Notes: a model not told the origin generated them from the letters alone. A DNA stretch of 64,000 bases from Candidatus Brocadiia bacterium (GCA_046538485.1 JBKHIT010000012.1:26415-90414), one strand, 5' to 3'; counted from the first letter of the stretch, positions 28,384-39,111 are shown. Translations and numbers: made by a program.

Positions 28384-31300
28384 TCAGCGCGTGACGGTAG
28401 CCGACTTCGATTTCGGCCCACTGCGGCGCAGTGGACTCACCGTTTGCACACGGTAAGTGTATCTCTGCCCCTTCCGGGCTGTTTTGTCCACATATTCCGC
28501 CACCACGCCGCCCCCGCCTGTGAAAATCCGCCCCGACATGTCGCCAATCTGCTTGTCCTCCCCATCCTGGACACGAAAAATCCGATAACGAGCTACGTCG
28601 CAACCCATCCAGTCATCGAACGGCATTTCCCACGCCAGGCGCACACCTGCTTCGACTCTCTCGGATCTCAAATTCAGGACCCGCGGACCGTCCGGCAGCG
28701 GCCCGGGACCTTCCCATTTCTGATCGGATCCGATGACGGCATAGATTTTGTACCACGCCGCCTCCAGTGTATCGCGGATGTGGTAGCCGTCGCCCTCTCT
28801 CACCAGTTCCACAGTCTCTCCGCTCGCCAGCTCCCGCACCCGCAAACCCTTTCGCTTATCCCGAATCAAAATGTCGATCTCGTTAGCTTTACCCTGGCTA
28901 TAAGGTTCACGTCGATCATTCACAACGAAAATTATGGCATGTCCTCGGTATGTGTAAGGCCGCATGATCAAATCGTAACTACGAGTGCTGAAATACGGGC
29001 GGAATCCGGCTTTCTGGAAGGTCTTCTGAAACCTGCTGGCAATCCGCTGTATTCGTTTCGATCCTTTTTCGTCCTTCAACGGCTTTGGATTCCAGGTCGC
29101 TGCGTTCTGCAACGGTTCGGCGTTCGGAGGCGACTCGAAGTCATCCGGTACAAGAACCCCCCCACCCTTTCGATCCACTTTCTGTATTTCCGCATAGATA
29201 TCCCGCTCCACGTGGTTTCCTGTAAGCGCGACAAATCTGTAATCATTTATCCGCGCGAGCCGATCCTGTCGGTTGCGCAAGATATCAAATGGAATGTTCC
29301 CCACGATCAACCCCATCACAGCGTTCTCACCTCCGTAGATCCCGGACAGAAGCGCAACGCGCGGCTGCATCGGTTTCCAGTCCCGGAAAAGCTCGCCCCT
29401 TTCGCGTAGCAAACGTCCGGTGCTCCGGATAGCCGGTTCTTTCATGCGGCGTTTGCGACGCACGCGTTCGCGCAGCATGCGCAGGTTGGGTTCGGGAGTC
29501 GGAGGGAGAGCCGGCGGTTCGCCGGGTTTGCCCGGTCCCCCGGAAAGCGCGTCGAACATCTGCTCGAGGACAAGGCGGTTCAACTCCGCCAGATCCGTCT
29601 TTCCCAGCTGCCCCTGCTCTTTCCGTCTTTCAAGGAGCTCCCGAATCCGGGGGGACACTTTCACGATCTTCAAAAGCCGGGTGTCGCAGAAACCTCCCTT
29701 TTTCAACACCTCGTTGAGAGCACCGATGAGCGGTTTCTTGAGATCGCCGAGATCCGGGCCCGTATCTTCCTCTTCCAGCAAACCGCCGCCACCCCCTCCA
29801 GCAAAGAGCATCTCGTCCTCGATCTTGCTGCGGATTTTGCCGGGCAGAGCGTCCCACAGACGTTTGACGGGCATCTTTTTCCGGCGTCCGTGCAGCCGTT
29901 TCACGAAACTTTCCCACTGCCCCTTTTCAAAATGGTCAGAGCGGAACCACGGGAACCCTTCCGGCGTCGGTTCCCACTCTTTATCTCCGTAGGCCGGATT
30001 CTTCTCGCGTCCCGGTTCGAACGTGTTCACGCCCCAGTGGTAGAGCATATCCGCCCCCATGCAGATCGACAGCAGATTGGCTTCCATCAACGTGTCGTGG
30101 TGAGCCCCGCGGATGAGCTGAGTGCTGTGGGCGCAGGGAGCCGGACGGCACATGGCCTGAAGGCGCGCGGTGGCAACGGCAATCCTTTTGGGTTCTTTTC
30201 CGATGTAAGTCCATGTCCCCCCGAACCCGTGGACGATTTTGATGGCCCAGATGGGGTCGACCCAGAATCGCGCATCGGGGATCCGCTCCAGAACAGCGTC
30301 CTCATAGGCCTTTCGAAGCCGGTAATCCCGGCCTTTCCGATGAGGGCGCGACCACCACGCGCCGAGTTTTGACCAATCGTCTTCGCCGCCCACCAGGATG
30401 CCGTCTTCCCGGGCGGCCGACATGATGGTTCGCACCGCAGCCGGCGGAACTTTCTCGCGTTTCGGCAATCCCCACGTCCTCTCCGACCCGACCAGTAGAA
30501 GTTTAATCCGGTCGTGTTCGTCCAGTTGGCGATAGGCATCCACCGTTTCGACGAGACCACGCCCATAGTAACGGATCAGCTCGGGATGCACGGGATTGTA
30601 ATCGCCCTGGTTGCCTTTGCGTTTCTTACGCAGCGCGATTCCTTTTTGAACCAGTTCCTGCCACGACTGTTTGAGTCCGCTGAAATCCCAGCCAAAACGG
30701 AGCGCAACGAGCATGTCACAACGGTCGAAAATGTCGAACAAATGACGCAGCCGTTTTGCTTTCTCTCCGTCCGGATTGGCATAAATTGAGGCGCCGATAT
30801 GGGAATGCGTGAAACCAAGATCCCGGTAATATCGCGCGTCGCGTCTGGCCTTCCCGAACCGGTGGCCATCCCACAGAATATACGGCATGGCCGGGCGCGG
30901 GCGTTCTTTGTCCGGTTCAAGATCCGAGGGTATGTTCAGTTTGACCGTGCTTGAAGCCTTCCCGGCCAGGACCGCAGCCCGCCTCGCCAGAGCGACGTCG
31001 TCTGACTCTTTCCATTCTCCCAGCTTTTTGTCCAGGGCTTTGGCCGTCTGCGGACTTTCCTTGCGCAACTGCCGGGCGACCTTCCGCGCAAGAGGCAGAG
31101 GACACTGTTGCAAGAGAGGGAGAACCGTCTTGACCGGGGCCGATTCGACGAGGAATTTCGCGTACGGGGTGAACTGTCCGGCAAGCGCAGCATTTTTCTC
31201 AGCAATCAGTGCCCGGACAATTTCGTCGGGTCGTTTCTGGCAGACGGTTTTCCAGACTTTTCCGAGACGATCCATCCGTTCCGCAAGTTCATCGAGCCGG

Positions 31301-31998
31301 CGCCGGTTCGCGGCATATTCTTCGGGATGTTCCCGTTTCAGATAACTCAGGTTTCTGCTGAGATTCCCGGTCGTATCACGCAGATGGGCATTGATTTCGA
31401 GCAGCAATTCAGCGGAGACCAATTCCCCGCAGCGCGCGGCAGCGATGTATGCTTCATCACGCACATTTTTGTTCTCCGTTTCAGCGGCGACTTTTGTAAG
31501 GAAATCCGTGGTTTCGCCGTCTCCGAGGTTCCCCAGAGCCTCGATCACTTTTAGCTTGAGGCGGGAATTTTCGGTTTTCTCATAAAACCGAATCAGTGTC
31601 TTCGGAGCGTCCGGATGTTGGGTCAGCCCGAGAAGGGCAATCGCATCGCGCTGGCGAGTGGGACTCTGCCCCTGGAGCATTTTTTTGGCCTGGGGGAAGA
31701 TGCTTCGGTCGGCTACTTTTCTAAGGGCTTCAAAAAGATCCTCTTCCGCATCTCCTGGAAGATTTTCTGCCCGCACAAGCAGGTTCGCCATGACAGGTGC
31801 GAGCCGCGGATCCGGTTTTTCCAGATACGGACGGAGCTGACGCACCACTTTCTCCGGCGGTTCGGTCAACGCGCTGAATTTCAGCTCTTCCAGTCTCTGT
31901 TGCGTCAGCTTTTCCGCACTCAACAAAGCCGGACAGAACACCAGAACAAATGCGAGGCAGAACAGGGGAACGAAACGATGGGACCTGACTTCCGGCAT
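28384..31998 (-). CDS. Large secreted protein: HEAT repeats, putative GH-like barrel, C-terminal FN3 domain
   Basis: Signal-peptide-like N-terminus from ATG 31998; AIALLG/IEALGNLG HEAT-like repeats; VRLAWE...YRIFR...YTYRVQTV FN3 pattern. Confidence 0.75.
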   Translation of the reverse strand: MPEVRSHRFVPLFCLAFVLVFCPALLSAEKLTQQRLEELKFSALTEPPEKVVRQLRPYLEKPDPRLAPVMANLLVRAENLPGDAEEDLFEALRKVADRSIFPQAKKMLQGQSPTRQRDAIALLGLTQHPDAPKTLIRFYEKTENSRLKLKVIEALGNLGDGETTDFLTKVAAETENKNVRDEAYIAAARCGELVSAELLLEINAHLRDTTGNLSRNLSYLKREHPEEYAANRRRLDELAERMDRLGKVWKTVCQKRPDEIVRALIAEKNAALAGQFTPYAKFLVESAPVKTVLPLLQQCPLPLARKVARQLRKESPQTAKALDKKLGEWKESDDVALARRAAVLAGKASSTVKLNIPSDLEPDKERPRPAMPYILWDGHRFGKARRDARYYRDLGFTHSHIGASIYANPDGEKAKRLRHLFDIFDRCDMLVALRFGWDFSGLKQSWQELVQKGIALRKKRKGNQGDYNPVHPELIRYYGRGLVETVDAYRQLDEHDRIKLLLVGSERTWGLPKREKVPPAAVRTIMSAAREDGILVGGEDDWSKLGAWWSRPHRKGRDYRLRKAYEDAVLERIPDARFWVDPIWAIKIVHGFGGTWTYIGKEPKRIAVATARLQAMCRPAPCAHSTQLIRGAHHDTLMEANLLSICMGADMLYHWGVNTFEPGREKNPAYGDKEWEPTPEGFPWFRSDHFEKGQWESFVKRLHGRRKKMPVKRLWDALPGKIRSKIEDEMLFAGGGGGGLLEEEDTGPDLGDLKKPLIGALNEVLKKGGFCDTRLLKIVKVSPRIRELLERRKEQGQLGKTDLAELNRLVLEQMFDALSGGPGKPGEPPALPPTPEPNLRMLRERVRRKRRMKEPAIRSTGRLLRERGELFRDWKPMQPRVALLSGIYGGENAVMGLIVGNIPFDILRNRQDRLARINDYRFVALTGNHVERDIYAEIQKVDRKGGGVLVPDDFESPPNAEPLQNAATWNPKPLKDEKGSKRIQRIASRFQKTFQKAGFRPYFSTRSYDLIMRPYTYRGHAIIFVVNDRREPYSQGKANEIDILIRDKRKGLRVRELASGETVELVREGDGYHIRDTLEAAWYKIYAVIGSDQKWEGPGPLPDGPRVLNLRSERVEAGVRLAWEMPFDDWMGCDVARYRIFRVQDGEDKQIGDMSGRIFTGGGGVVAEYVDKTARKGQRYTYRVQTVSPLRRSGPKSKSATVTR

Positions 31999-32171
31999 AA
32001 CAAATAATCCTTTGAAGGTAAGTTCAGTGTGTTCCGGTCCGGTCCAAAAGAGGCCCGTCAGGGCCGATGCAGACTTAGCCCCGGCTGCGAACGCGCGTAG
32101 CGTTAGAGCCCGGGCAAAACGGGAGTACCAGGATGTGAATGGATCGCGTGAACTCCAGTCTACAGGTTGCA

Positions 32172-32367
32172 CGGAGAAGGGACACAAGAAGCCAAGAGAC
32201 GAAAGGGACTCCGTATTTCCTGTCGCGTTCCCTCACCGGACACATGAGCGGACTGGACTTCAGCCCCGCTCTGCGGGGTCTGGGGTTCAGAACGCGGCTC
32301 ATCGACAATACTGGTCTCGCAGCAAAACGACGAACGACAGGTCCGCCTCGGCGATGCGGACCTACAG
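32172..32367. repeat. REP-like module cluster
   Basis: GAGCGGACTGGACTTCAG...GTTCAGAACGCGG module plus GTAG-type REP (minus strand GTAG-GTCCGC-ATCGCCGAG-GCGGAC). Confidence 0.85.
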
Positions 32368-32444
32368 TTCTCTGACAATCCTCTCCATCTTATACGGTAT
32401 TCGGCTGCCAAAGACCTCCCATCTTCGGTCCCCTTCACTCACCT

Positions 32445-34061
32445 CTACTCCGGCAGATTGACAGGCGCCACTTCCACCTGCGCAAGATCGCCGACGGGAC
32501 GGACGGATTCTGTTTTCTCGCTCACAAGGACAAACGATCCTCCCATTTCGACATCCATTGTAATCTTTTTGTACTCCGGCACCGTAACCTCGACCCCCTT
32601 CTTGTCACCGAGCGGTGCGTGAGCATAAATCAGCCACTCGCGACTCGGTTTCTGCCCGATCCGGCGGGCGAGTGCCCAGATCGGCATGGGTGTGGTGAGC
32701 TTCCATGGACGTTCGGGGTCGAGACTTGTCTCGAGCCGGAACCAGCGATTCTCCTCTTCATATTTTTCAAGCAAATCGGTGTTGAACGGGTGATGCTGTT
32801 CCGTGTTTGGAACCAGATGCCCATGTCGCCAGAACCGCTTGAGAACCGGATCCACGTGGACCAGGTCGACGGCCCGGATGATCTCTTTCATATTGTGCCA
32901 GTAGCTTTCGTGCGGGCTGGTGGAACTCTCCCATTCCCGGGCCGCACGCGGCAGCAACAACCACATTCCGTACTGGACCCATCCGCGATAGCGCGCGGGA
33001 CTCGTCGCATCGTAACCGTTTTTCTTGTACTGAGCGGCCTTGTCCTGCCCCCCATCCCAGTAAATCAGTTCAAACCAGAAGTCCGGGTTGACCGATAAAG
33101 CTTCCTTTTTCATGAATACATTATTCATAAACGACATCTGGCAACTCCAGAGGTTGAACATATTCTTTTTCGGTTCCCAATCGTTATCGTAGTATGACCC
33201 CATTGCGCCTTCCCAGGCGTACCAACCCCAGGCAACGCGATCGGGCGAGGCGTTTGACCACCGCAGCCAGCCTCCGTCGCCGATGTCCGGCCGCCCGTAA
33301 TGATCGGGGCCCGCTCCGCCGTAGGGCAGGATGATGCTGTTGGCTTTCCAGGCTTTCTTTTTGAGTCCCGCCCGCATGCCTCGGAACATCGCTCGATAAC
33401 GCCGAATCCAGCCGTTGGCAACGACCCGGCGTTTGAACATATCGCTTCGGCCTTTTCCGTAGAGATCGAGATATCGCCGGGATTTTTCGGCCTGATGCCA
33501 TCGCAAATCAGGCGGTTCGTTATTGCTGACAAACAGAACCAGCGGTGGACGGGGATAATCCTCCTGGAGCTTGCTGATGCCGGGCGAGGTAACGAGCATG
33601 ACTCCGAGATCTTCCCATGGTTGGACCGGACCGAACGGGCTGATCTTGCGTTTTGTCTGGCCGTCGGCGGTCAGCATGAGCGGACTTTCTTCCGGGGAGA
33701 GTTTCTTGAACTTTTCGCGTCGCCAGAACCGGGAGACCCATTGATTGCCGTGGATGATGGTCAGCGGCAACCGCCATTTTTTGACCTGTTCAAGCCCTTT
33801 GAATTCGCGCGCACCAGCTCGGGGCCATTCAATGAAAGGAAGAATATGGTGTCCCCGCCGGATCAACCCCACCTGAAACGCGAGCGAAAAATGATTGGCA
33901 TGCCAGTGTCCGGCCAGAGGCAAAGGGCGTCCTTCCGGATCGAAATTGGGCCGGAGGGATTCCGTCCGGATTTCCCCCGTCGTCTCAGGATGGGCAGAAA
34001 GCACAGGGAAACACGCAAAGGCGACAGCACCGATTACGGCGATAAAAAACACTTTTTCCAT
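32445..34061 (-). CDS. Secreted uncharacterised protein, paralog A (putative glycoside hydrolase)
   Basis: Signal peptide; shares GRPLPLAxHW, NNExP, FWFE, GWVQYGMWLL with 41084-42841. Confidence 0.8.
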   Translation of the reverse strand: MEKVFFIAVIGAVAFACFPVLSAHPETTGEIRTESLRPNFDPEGRPLPLAGHWHANHFSLAFQVGLIRRGHHILPFIEWPRAGAREFKGLEQVKKWRLPLTIIHGNQWVSRFWRREKFKKLSPEESPLMLTADGQTKRKISPFGPVQPWEDLGVMLVTSPGISKLQEDYPRPPLVLFVSNNEPPDLRWHQAEKSRRYLDLYGKGRSDMFKRRVVANGWIRRYRAMFRGMRAGLKKKAWKANSIILPYGGAGPDHYGRPDIGDGGWLRWSNASPDRVAWGWYAWEGAMGSYYDNDWEPKKNMFNLWSCQMSFMNNVFMKKEALSVNPDFWFELIYWDGGQDKAAQYKKNGYDATSPARYRGWVQYGMWLLLPRAAREWESSTSPHESYWHNMKEIIRAVDLVHVDPVLKRFWRHGHLVPNTEQHHPFNTDLLEKYEEENRWFRLETSLDPERPWKLTTPMPIWALARRIGQKPSREWLIYAHAPLGDKKGVEVTVPEYKKITMDVEMGGSFVLVSEKTESVRPVGDLAQVEVAPVNLPE

Positions 34062-34105
34062 TTTCCGTATTCCCGTCAATGGGGCAGAGTTACAAATGAG
34101 ATAAC

Positions 34106-34951
34106 TTACCGGGGCACAAGGTTTCTCATAGCAAAAGTTGTGGGCGAACCCCAGGGATGATAGTAATCAGGCATGTATTCCTTAGCATCCGCATATCCAG
34201 CTCCGCCATCTGGATACAGCAAATTGGCACCGTGGTTGTGATGTACACCCGGAGCCCGTAAACCGTGAAGATTATATCCTCTTTCGAGTGTCACAGATCC
34301 AGCATCAACGTGGCTGCAGTGATCATCAACGAAAAGCGAACCATCAGCATTGCCGTTCGTGTGATGATTGCCATGCCATCCATCGTATTCGAAACCGTCA
34401 ATCAGCAGAAACCCGTCCGGATGGAAGTCCCCGAGCCGGTACCTTCCGTCTCCTGCCGAGGATTGGGTTACCGCATTAAGCGCGTTGATATAGTAATCCA
34501 TCCTCTTGATCAGGGCCCCCTCTGCGTCGTATTTGTAACATGCGCCGCCGTCGAGATGGCAGTTAACCTTAAACGTCGTGCTGGGACAGTCAAAGAGTGG
34601 TGCGTGGTTGGCTATCTGCCACGGACACCGGTTAATCCAGGCTCTCATTGATTGAGATGGATCGACCTTATCTGGAACGATATAGGGGGCGTAAAGCGTA
34701 TACCACTGCCAGGAACAATAATCACGGGAACTGTTATATATTCGTTGAGCGGGCAACCATTCGTTGCTGTCGTTGCCATACATCTGGTATGCGAGAGAGA
34801 TTTGTTTCAAATTGTTTAAACACACCGTGCGCCTTGCTGCTTCCCGCGCCCGCTCCAGCGCCGGCATGAGCATAGCGGCCAGAATGGCGATGATGGCTAT
34901 GACAACCAGCAACTCGATCAAAGTAAACCCTCTGCGCTGTGAAGCATCCAT
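34106..34951 (-). CDS. Prepilin-type N-terminal cleavage/methylation protein (DUF1559, H-X9-DG type)
   Basis: [47 protein letters not shown]. Confidence 0.92.
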   Translation of the reverse strand: MDASQRRGFTLIELLVVIAIIAILAAMLMPALERAREAARRTVCLNNLKQISLAYQMYGNDSNEWLPAQRIYNSSRDYCSWQWYTLYAPYIVPDKVDPSQSMRAWINRCPWQIANHAPLFDCPSTTFKVNCHLDGGACYKYDAEGALIKRMDYYINALNAVTQSSAGDGRYRLGDFHPDGFLLIDGFEYDGWHGNHHTNGNADGSLFVDDHCSHVDAGSVTLERGYNLHGLRAPGVHHNHGANLLYPDGGAGYADAKEYMPDYYHPWGSPTTFAMRNLVPR

Positions 34952-35009
34952 AACGTCCCTCCCAATTCATAAAACTTGAAGGTCAATAATAACTATAACT
35001 TTCAAAAAA

Positions 35010-35118
35010 CTATGGCGCGCGGCGGGGATGAAACAAATCTTTTTGAGCCTGCTCTTCCTTGGCCGTCGCTCCCCACGATTGTGGCCACCAAACGGCTTCT
35101 TTGGCGAAAAAGCGAGAT
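35010..35118 (-). pseudogene. Orphan C-terminal tail of a DUF1559-type gene
   Basis: FFAKEAVWWPQSWGATAKEEQAQKDLFHPRRAP* resembles the preceding tail YMKKELVYWTTDVTSDEVDAQKRLFSPDLAP*. Confidence 0.6.
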
Positions 35119-35766
35119 TTACGGAGCCAGATCCGGGCTGAAAAGCCTCTTTTGAGCATCGACCTCATCCGAAGTAACGTCCGTCGTCCAGTAAACAAGC
35201 TCCTTTTTCATATATATCACGTGCCCATCGATAAAAGCTATGTTTCCGCCCTTCCGGTTCTTGTGACGTCGCGGACCTGGTTTGTTATAGCTTGTGGGTG
35301 CCTTCCGACCAAAACGGTGCAACGCCTGGCCAGTGTCCTCGGTGCGACCATTATCACTGATAAGATGCGTGCCGCTTCCCACGGGCACTTCATTGATCGT
35401 ATTAAAGACTCGCAGCGGCTTGTAATACTGGGAATAATATGTATCTTCCCAGCTCCCGGTACCCTTCTGGCCGATTGCAGGATTTAGGCCGTAAAGGGCA
35501 TTGTGACTGCTCACACCATGGCAACTCCCTTTGACTAATTTGTCCACCGAAGGACATAAAAAAGGATCGGGGTGGTCGTGAAACATCAGAGTACAGACAC
35601 ACCAGCCCGAGGAATTGGGCTCCTTACCGTTGATATATGGCCACAGTCTCAACATCCACCCCGAACATTGACTCCAATTCCCTGCACTAAGTTCCTGGGG
35701 GCGTGTAAACCATCCTTCATAATCGAGAGTATATTGAATCTCACCCAATGCAAGTTGCCTGATCAA
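35119..35766 (-). pseudogene. Headless DUF1559-type gene body (no prepilin leader)
   Basis: Begins IRQLALGEIQYTLDYEGWF (the NLRQL..A..Y..D segment); has RHKNRKGGNIAFIDGHV. Confidence 0.8.
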
Positions 35767-35995
35767 GGGTCATAGTCTCCGCCGGGACTCAAGCCTTCTT
35801 CCCATTCGTAGTCCAGGAGAGGATCGAGGCAGAGCCGTTCCACTCGCCCGTCAGTGAACCACAATCCTACTCTCCCGCCGGGGTGGCGCCAGATATCAGT
35901 TCCTCCGTTCGTAAACCAAGCATCGCAGCCAGAATCGAGATAATCGCAATGACTACCAACAACTCAATGAGTGTGAAAGCCTTTTTCAGTTTCAT
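35763..35995 (-). pseudogene. Prepilin leader fused out of frame to a DUF1559 C-terminal fragment
   Basis: [26 protein letters not shown] (35995-35918), stop at 35867; other frame WFTNGGTDIWRHPGGRVGLWFTDGRVE...DYDP* (35918-35763). Confidence 0.85.
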
Positions 35996-36030
35996 TCTCT
36001 TGTTCAAACACAAATATCCCTCATATTTTT

Positions 36031-36094
36031 AGTATACTCCTACGCAAAAAAAAAGCAATATTCTTTTGCGTCAGGTCCTTTTCGATTTGCGACA
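36031..36094 (-). promoter_or_regulatory. Putative AraC/XylR-activated promoter 2
   Basis: TGTCGCAAATCG-N9-TGACGCAAA-N6-TTGCTT-N16-TATACT. Confidence 0.8.
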
Positions 36095-36378
36095 AGTCTC
36101 TCGTTGCCGATACACGGGTAGATCGGAGTTCAGGCGGAGGCTGGAGTTCAGAACGTGGACAATACTTCCAGAATATTGCAGCCTTCGGTTTTACGACTTG
36201 CAGCCGGGCCTACAAGAGACGCGCCTTCATAGGAGTGCGGTGTGTTAAAACGGGCCTCGGGCGCGTTTTACTCACCGCTGTGTCGTTCCCGAATATGCTC
36301 GATCCCATGTGATTTTCCCCCGACAACGACACAGAGGAACGACAAAACGGCGATACGGCAACGGCACAGACAAACGGC

Positions 36379-36547
36379 ACAGCGGCGAAAAATCGCCGCA
36401 CTCCAGAGCCGGCTCCGCCGGCGGGGTTCATGCATGAAACGGTACTGTTAAGATTGTCCGGCACGCAACATGTTCCATTCCGGAACGAACGACAACGACT
36501 CCGGGCCGTCAGGCCCGGTCCACAGGCTGGAGAGCCTGTGCCACATG
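36379..36547. repeat. Composite repeat shared with 38764-38931
   Basis: CGCACTCCA...GCCGGCGGGGTTCA...GATTGTCCGGCACGCAACAT...CCACAGGCTGGAGAGCCTGTG. Confidence 0.85.
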
Positions 36548-36594
36548 TGTTTGTCGCACACTCAGAAAACATCCCCAAAATCCCGCTTCGTAGC

Positions 36595-36731
36595 TCATTG
36601 CGAGCCCATCGCAAGATGGGCGAAGCAATTTCGTCTTTTTGTTGCCCCAACAGCGAGATTGCCGCGGCGCCCCGCTGAGCGGAACGCCTCGCAATGACAT
36701 TTGTGAACTTGGACGGCTGATTTAACGCAGG
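36595..36731. repeat. CGTC-type REPIN-like long hairpin, copy 1
   Basis: TCATTGCGAG...GAAGCAAT...GAGATTGC...CTCGCAATGAC; second copy 52553-52690. Confidence 0.85.
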
Positions 36732-36962
36732 TTAAACGCATACCCGGCCAAACCGACAGAGGCCGGGCGCGAGGTCACGCTGCGACGGCCAGCCCACTCA
36801 ATCTCTGCCTCCTGTCACGCAAGGTGACAGCGGGGCTTCGGGTGCTGAATAAGGAGGCGTAGAATCGGCCGTTTCGGCCAGGGTGGGATGAAACTTCTGC
36901 ACACCATAATTTTTCAGCCCCGTGTCCCGTCTCGCACCTGCACCCAGGGGTTGCGGGAACCT

Positions 36963-38033
36963 TCACCCGAAAAGCCGATGTGCTTCTTCCAGCAAATCCA
37001 CCACGGGCAGATCGTAAGGACATTTTTCTTCGCATTCCCCGCAACGCTCGCATTCGTCGGCTTTGATCTCGACCATGCTGTACCGCCCACGGGCCCACTC
37101 TTCCAGACCCATTTCCCGCCCGTAGAACAGATGCCGAAGAATTATGGGGATTAGAATACCGTTCGGGCAGGGCTGGCAGTAGCCGCAACCCCGGCACATC
37201 TCGCGTCCCAATCCTCTGACTGCATCCTGCAGGGCCGCCACTTCCTCTCTCGTGTACCGGTGTTCCGGGCTGGCGGCGCGGATATCTTCACGCAGTTCTT
37301 CAACCGCCTTCATCCCGACCATTGCACAATCGGCGTAAGGATTCTCAAGCACGAAACGAATGGCCCCCGCCGGTCCAATGGGTCGTTCCGGCAAACCCTG
37401 GCCTTCCAACTTCAATTTATCTCCCACCTCCGCCAGAACGCCACCGCCCAGAGGTTTCATCACAAGGGTTCCAAGATCGTGCTCTTTCGCCATCGGCATA
37501 ACTTCTTCATCCATCAACTCGTCATTCAGAATATTATAAGCGACCATAATAACGTCGAAACGTCCCGAAGAAATCGCTTTTTTGAACGTGTCGTGGTAGC
37601 GGTGACAACTGATCGCCGGGTGCCCGATCAGTCCTTCCTCCCGCGCCTGTTCCAACGCTTCCAGAGCTCCGCCGCTCGACGTTGCTTTTTCGTATACCTC
37701 AGGAAGTCGCAGGTTATGCGTCAGGTATATGTCGATATAGTCGGTCCGCAGGTTGCGCAAAGACGTCTCGATGTCGCGTCGCATACCATCGGCATCCCGC
37801 GCCTGGCTTTTTGTCGAAAGAATGACTTCACCGCGCCGCCCCTCGAGGGCGCGCCCGATTTTCTCCTCGCTATCGCCGTAGGCCCGAGCTGTATCGATAA
37901 TGTTGATCCCGCTATCGATGGCCTCATTAACAAGACGTGTAACGTTTTTTTGATCGACGCCGGGAAATTTTATCCCGCCCAGTCCGATCTCCGACACCCA
38001 CAGTTCCGTCCGGCCAAGTCTTCTCGTATGCAT
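36963..38033 (-). CDS. Aldo/keto reductase with C-terminal 4Fe-4S domain
   Basis: IDTARAYGDSEEKIG, LRTDYID, MKPLGGG, CRGCGYCQPCP, CERCGECEEKCP. Confidence 0.93.
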   Translation of the reverse strand: MHTRRLGRTELWVSEIGLGGIKFPGVDQKNVTRLVNEAIDSGINIIDTARAYGDSEEKIGRALEGRRGEVILSTKSQARDADGMRRDIETSLRNLRTDYIDIYLTHNLRLPEVYEKATSSGGALEALEQAREEGLIGHPAISCHRYHDTFKKAISSGRFDVIMVAYNILNDELMDEEVMPMAKEHDLGTLVMKPLGGGVLAEVGDKLKLEGQGLPERPIGPAGAIRFVLENPYADCAMVGMKAVEELREDIRAASPEHRYTREEVAALQDAVRGLGREMCRGCGYCQPCPNGILIPIILRHLFYGREMGLEEWARGRYSMVEIKADECERCGECEEKCPYDLPVVDLLEEAHRLFG

Positions 38034-38131
38034 GTTTCATCTCCTCAGAAAGCTTCTTTCTGTTTTAACATAGAAGCTTTCTGCTTTTCCAATCGGCAAG
38101 CCAGGAACCTTGCCCTTCACGCAACTTCTAT

Positions 38132-38995
38132 GAGCGGACTGGACTTCAGCCGGAGGCTGGAGTTCAGAACGCGGTGCAGAAGCCCGCAGGCCTCGCTGCA
38201 CAAAGACCAACAACCAACGGCACCTCCGCCTCGGCGATGCGGATCTACAGCTCTCGAGCGTTTTCCCGGACAGCAAAAGTTCACCGCCCCGGAGAATTTC
38301 CCAGAACCCTCCTGGTCTCCCCGTATCCGGGATGCCACGCAGATGTAGGGCGTGATCGCCGAGCGCGCCCTGCCGTTCACTACCCTGAAAGGGCAGCATA
38401 TAATAGCCCGGGGTACAGAGGGCTGAAGGCCCCTCGGAGCCCTGGGGTAGAGATATGCATGAAATGATAGTGGGCTGAAGGTCCACCACAAAACGACGAA
38501 ACGGACAGAGGACAGAGCGGCAGAGGACAGAGGTCAGTAATGGCGCACAGGCAAACGGCAGAACGGCGTTACAGCAAGGGCAAACAGCGAACGAGTAACC
38601 AGGAACGACTGACGGCACAGCGGCGCCTCCCTGGGGGATTCGATGGGGCAGACTTTCCTGCCGTTTTAAATATCATTGGCAGTGGCATACCCCATTCCAG
38701 ATAGTCCACGCGACTCGCGGTCACCGCACTCGAAAGGCGCAACGTCAAACGGCGAAAACGGCAAAGCGGTGGCGAGCCACCGCACTCCATAGCCGGCTTT
38801 GCCGGCGGGGTTCAGGCACGAACCGATATTGATACGATTGTCCGGCACGCAACATATTCTGTTCCGCAACAAACCACAACGAATCCGGGTCTTACGACCC
38901 GGTCCACAGGCTGGAGAGCCTGTGCTCCATGCTTCTATCAGGGATTTGGGCTTTGCCGCTTTTCGTGTGCTTTGTGTGTTTCCCGACGCAAGGTC
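38132..38995. repeat. About 860-bp intergenic mosaic of REP-like modules
   Basis: Consecutive modules, each found elsewhere in the window (13.8, 22.0, 25.8, 27.5, 32.3, 36.4, 48.3 kb). Confidence 0.85.
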
Positions 38996-39111
38996 GTTGT
39001 TGGCTTCAGGTCGATCCAGCCATGCAACAATCTTCACCTCCAGAGTCAAAAGCAGGCTTCGTACGGGAACTCCAACCAACCGATCACAGAACAACGACAA
39101 ACGGGCGCGGT

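Noticed and set aside
35763..35918. Intron or simple frameshift that would restore one DUF1559 gene
   Set aside because: Joining the leader to the headless body still lacks the conserved LPAL..ARE.AR...C.NN segment, and the intervening DNA is itself a DUF1559 C-terminus
36220..36240. GCCTTCATAG resembling the IS110 right end
   Set aside because: Too short; no other IS sequence nearby
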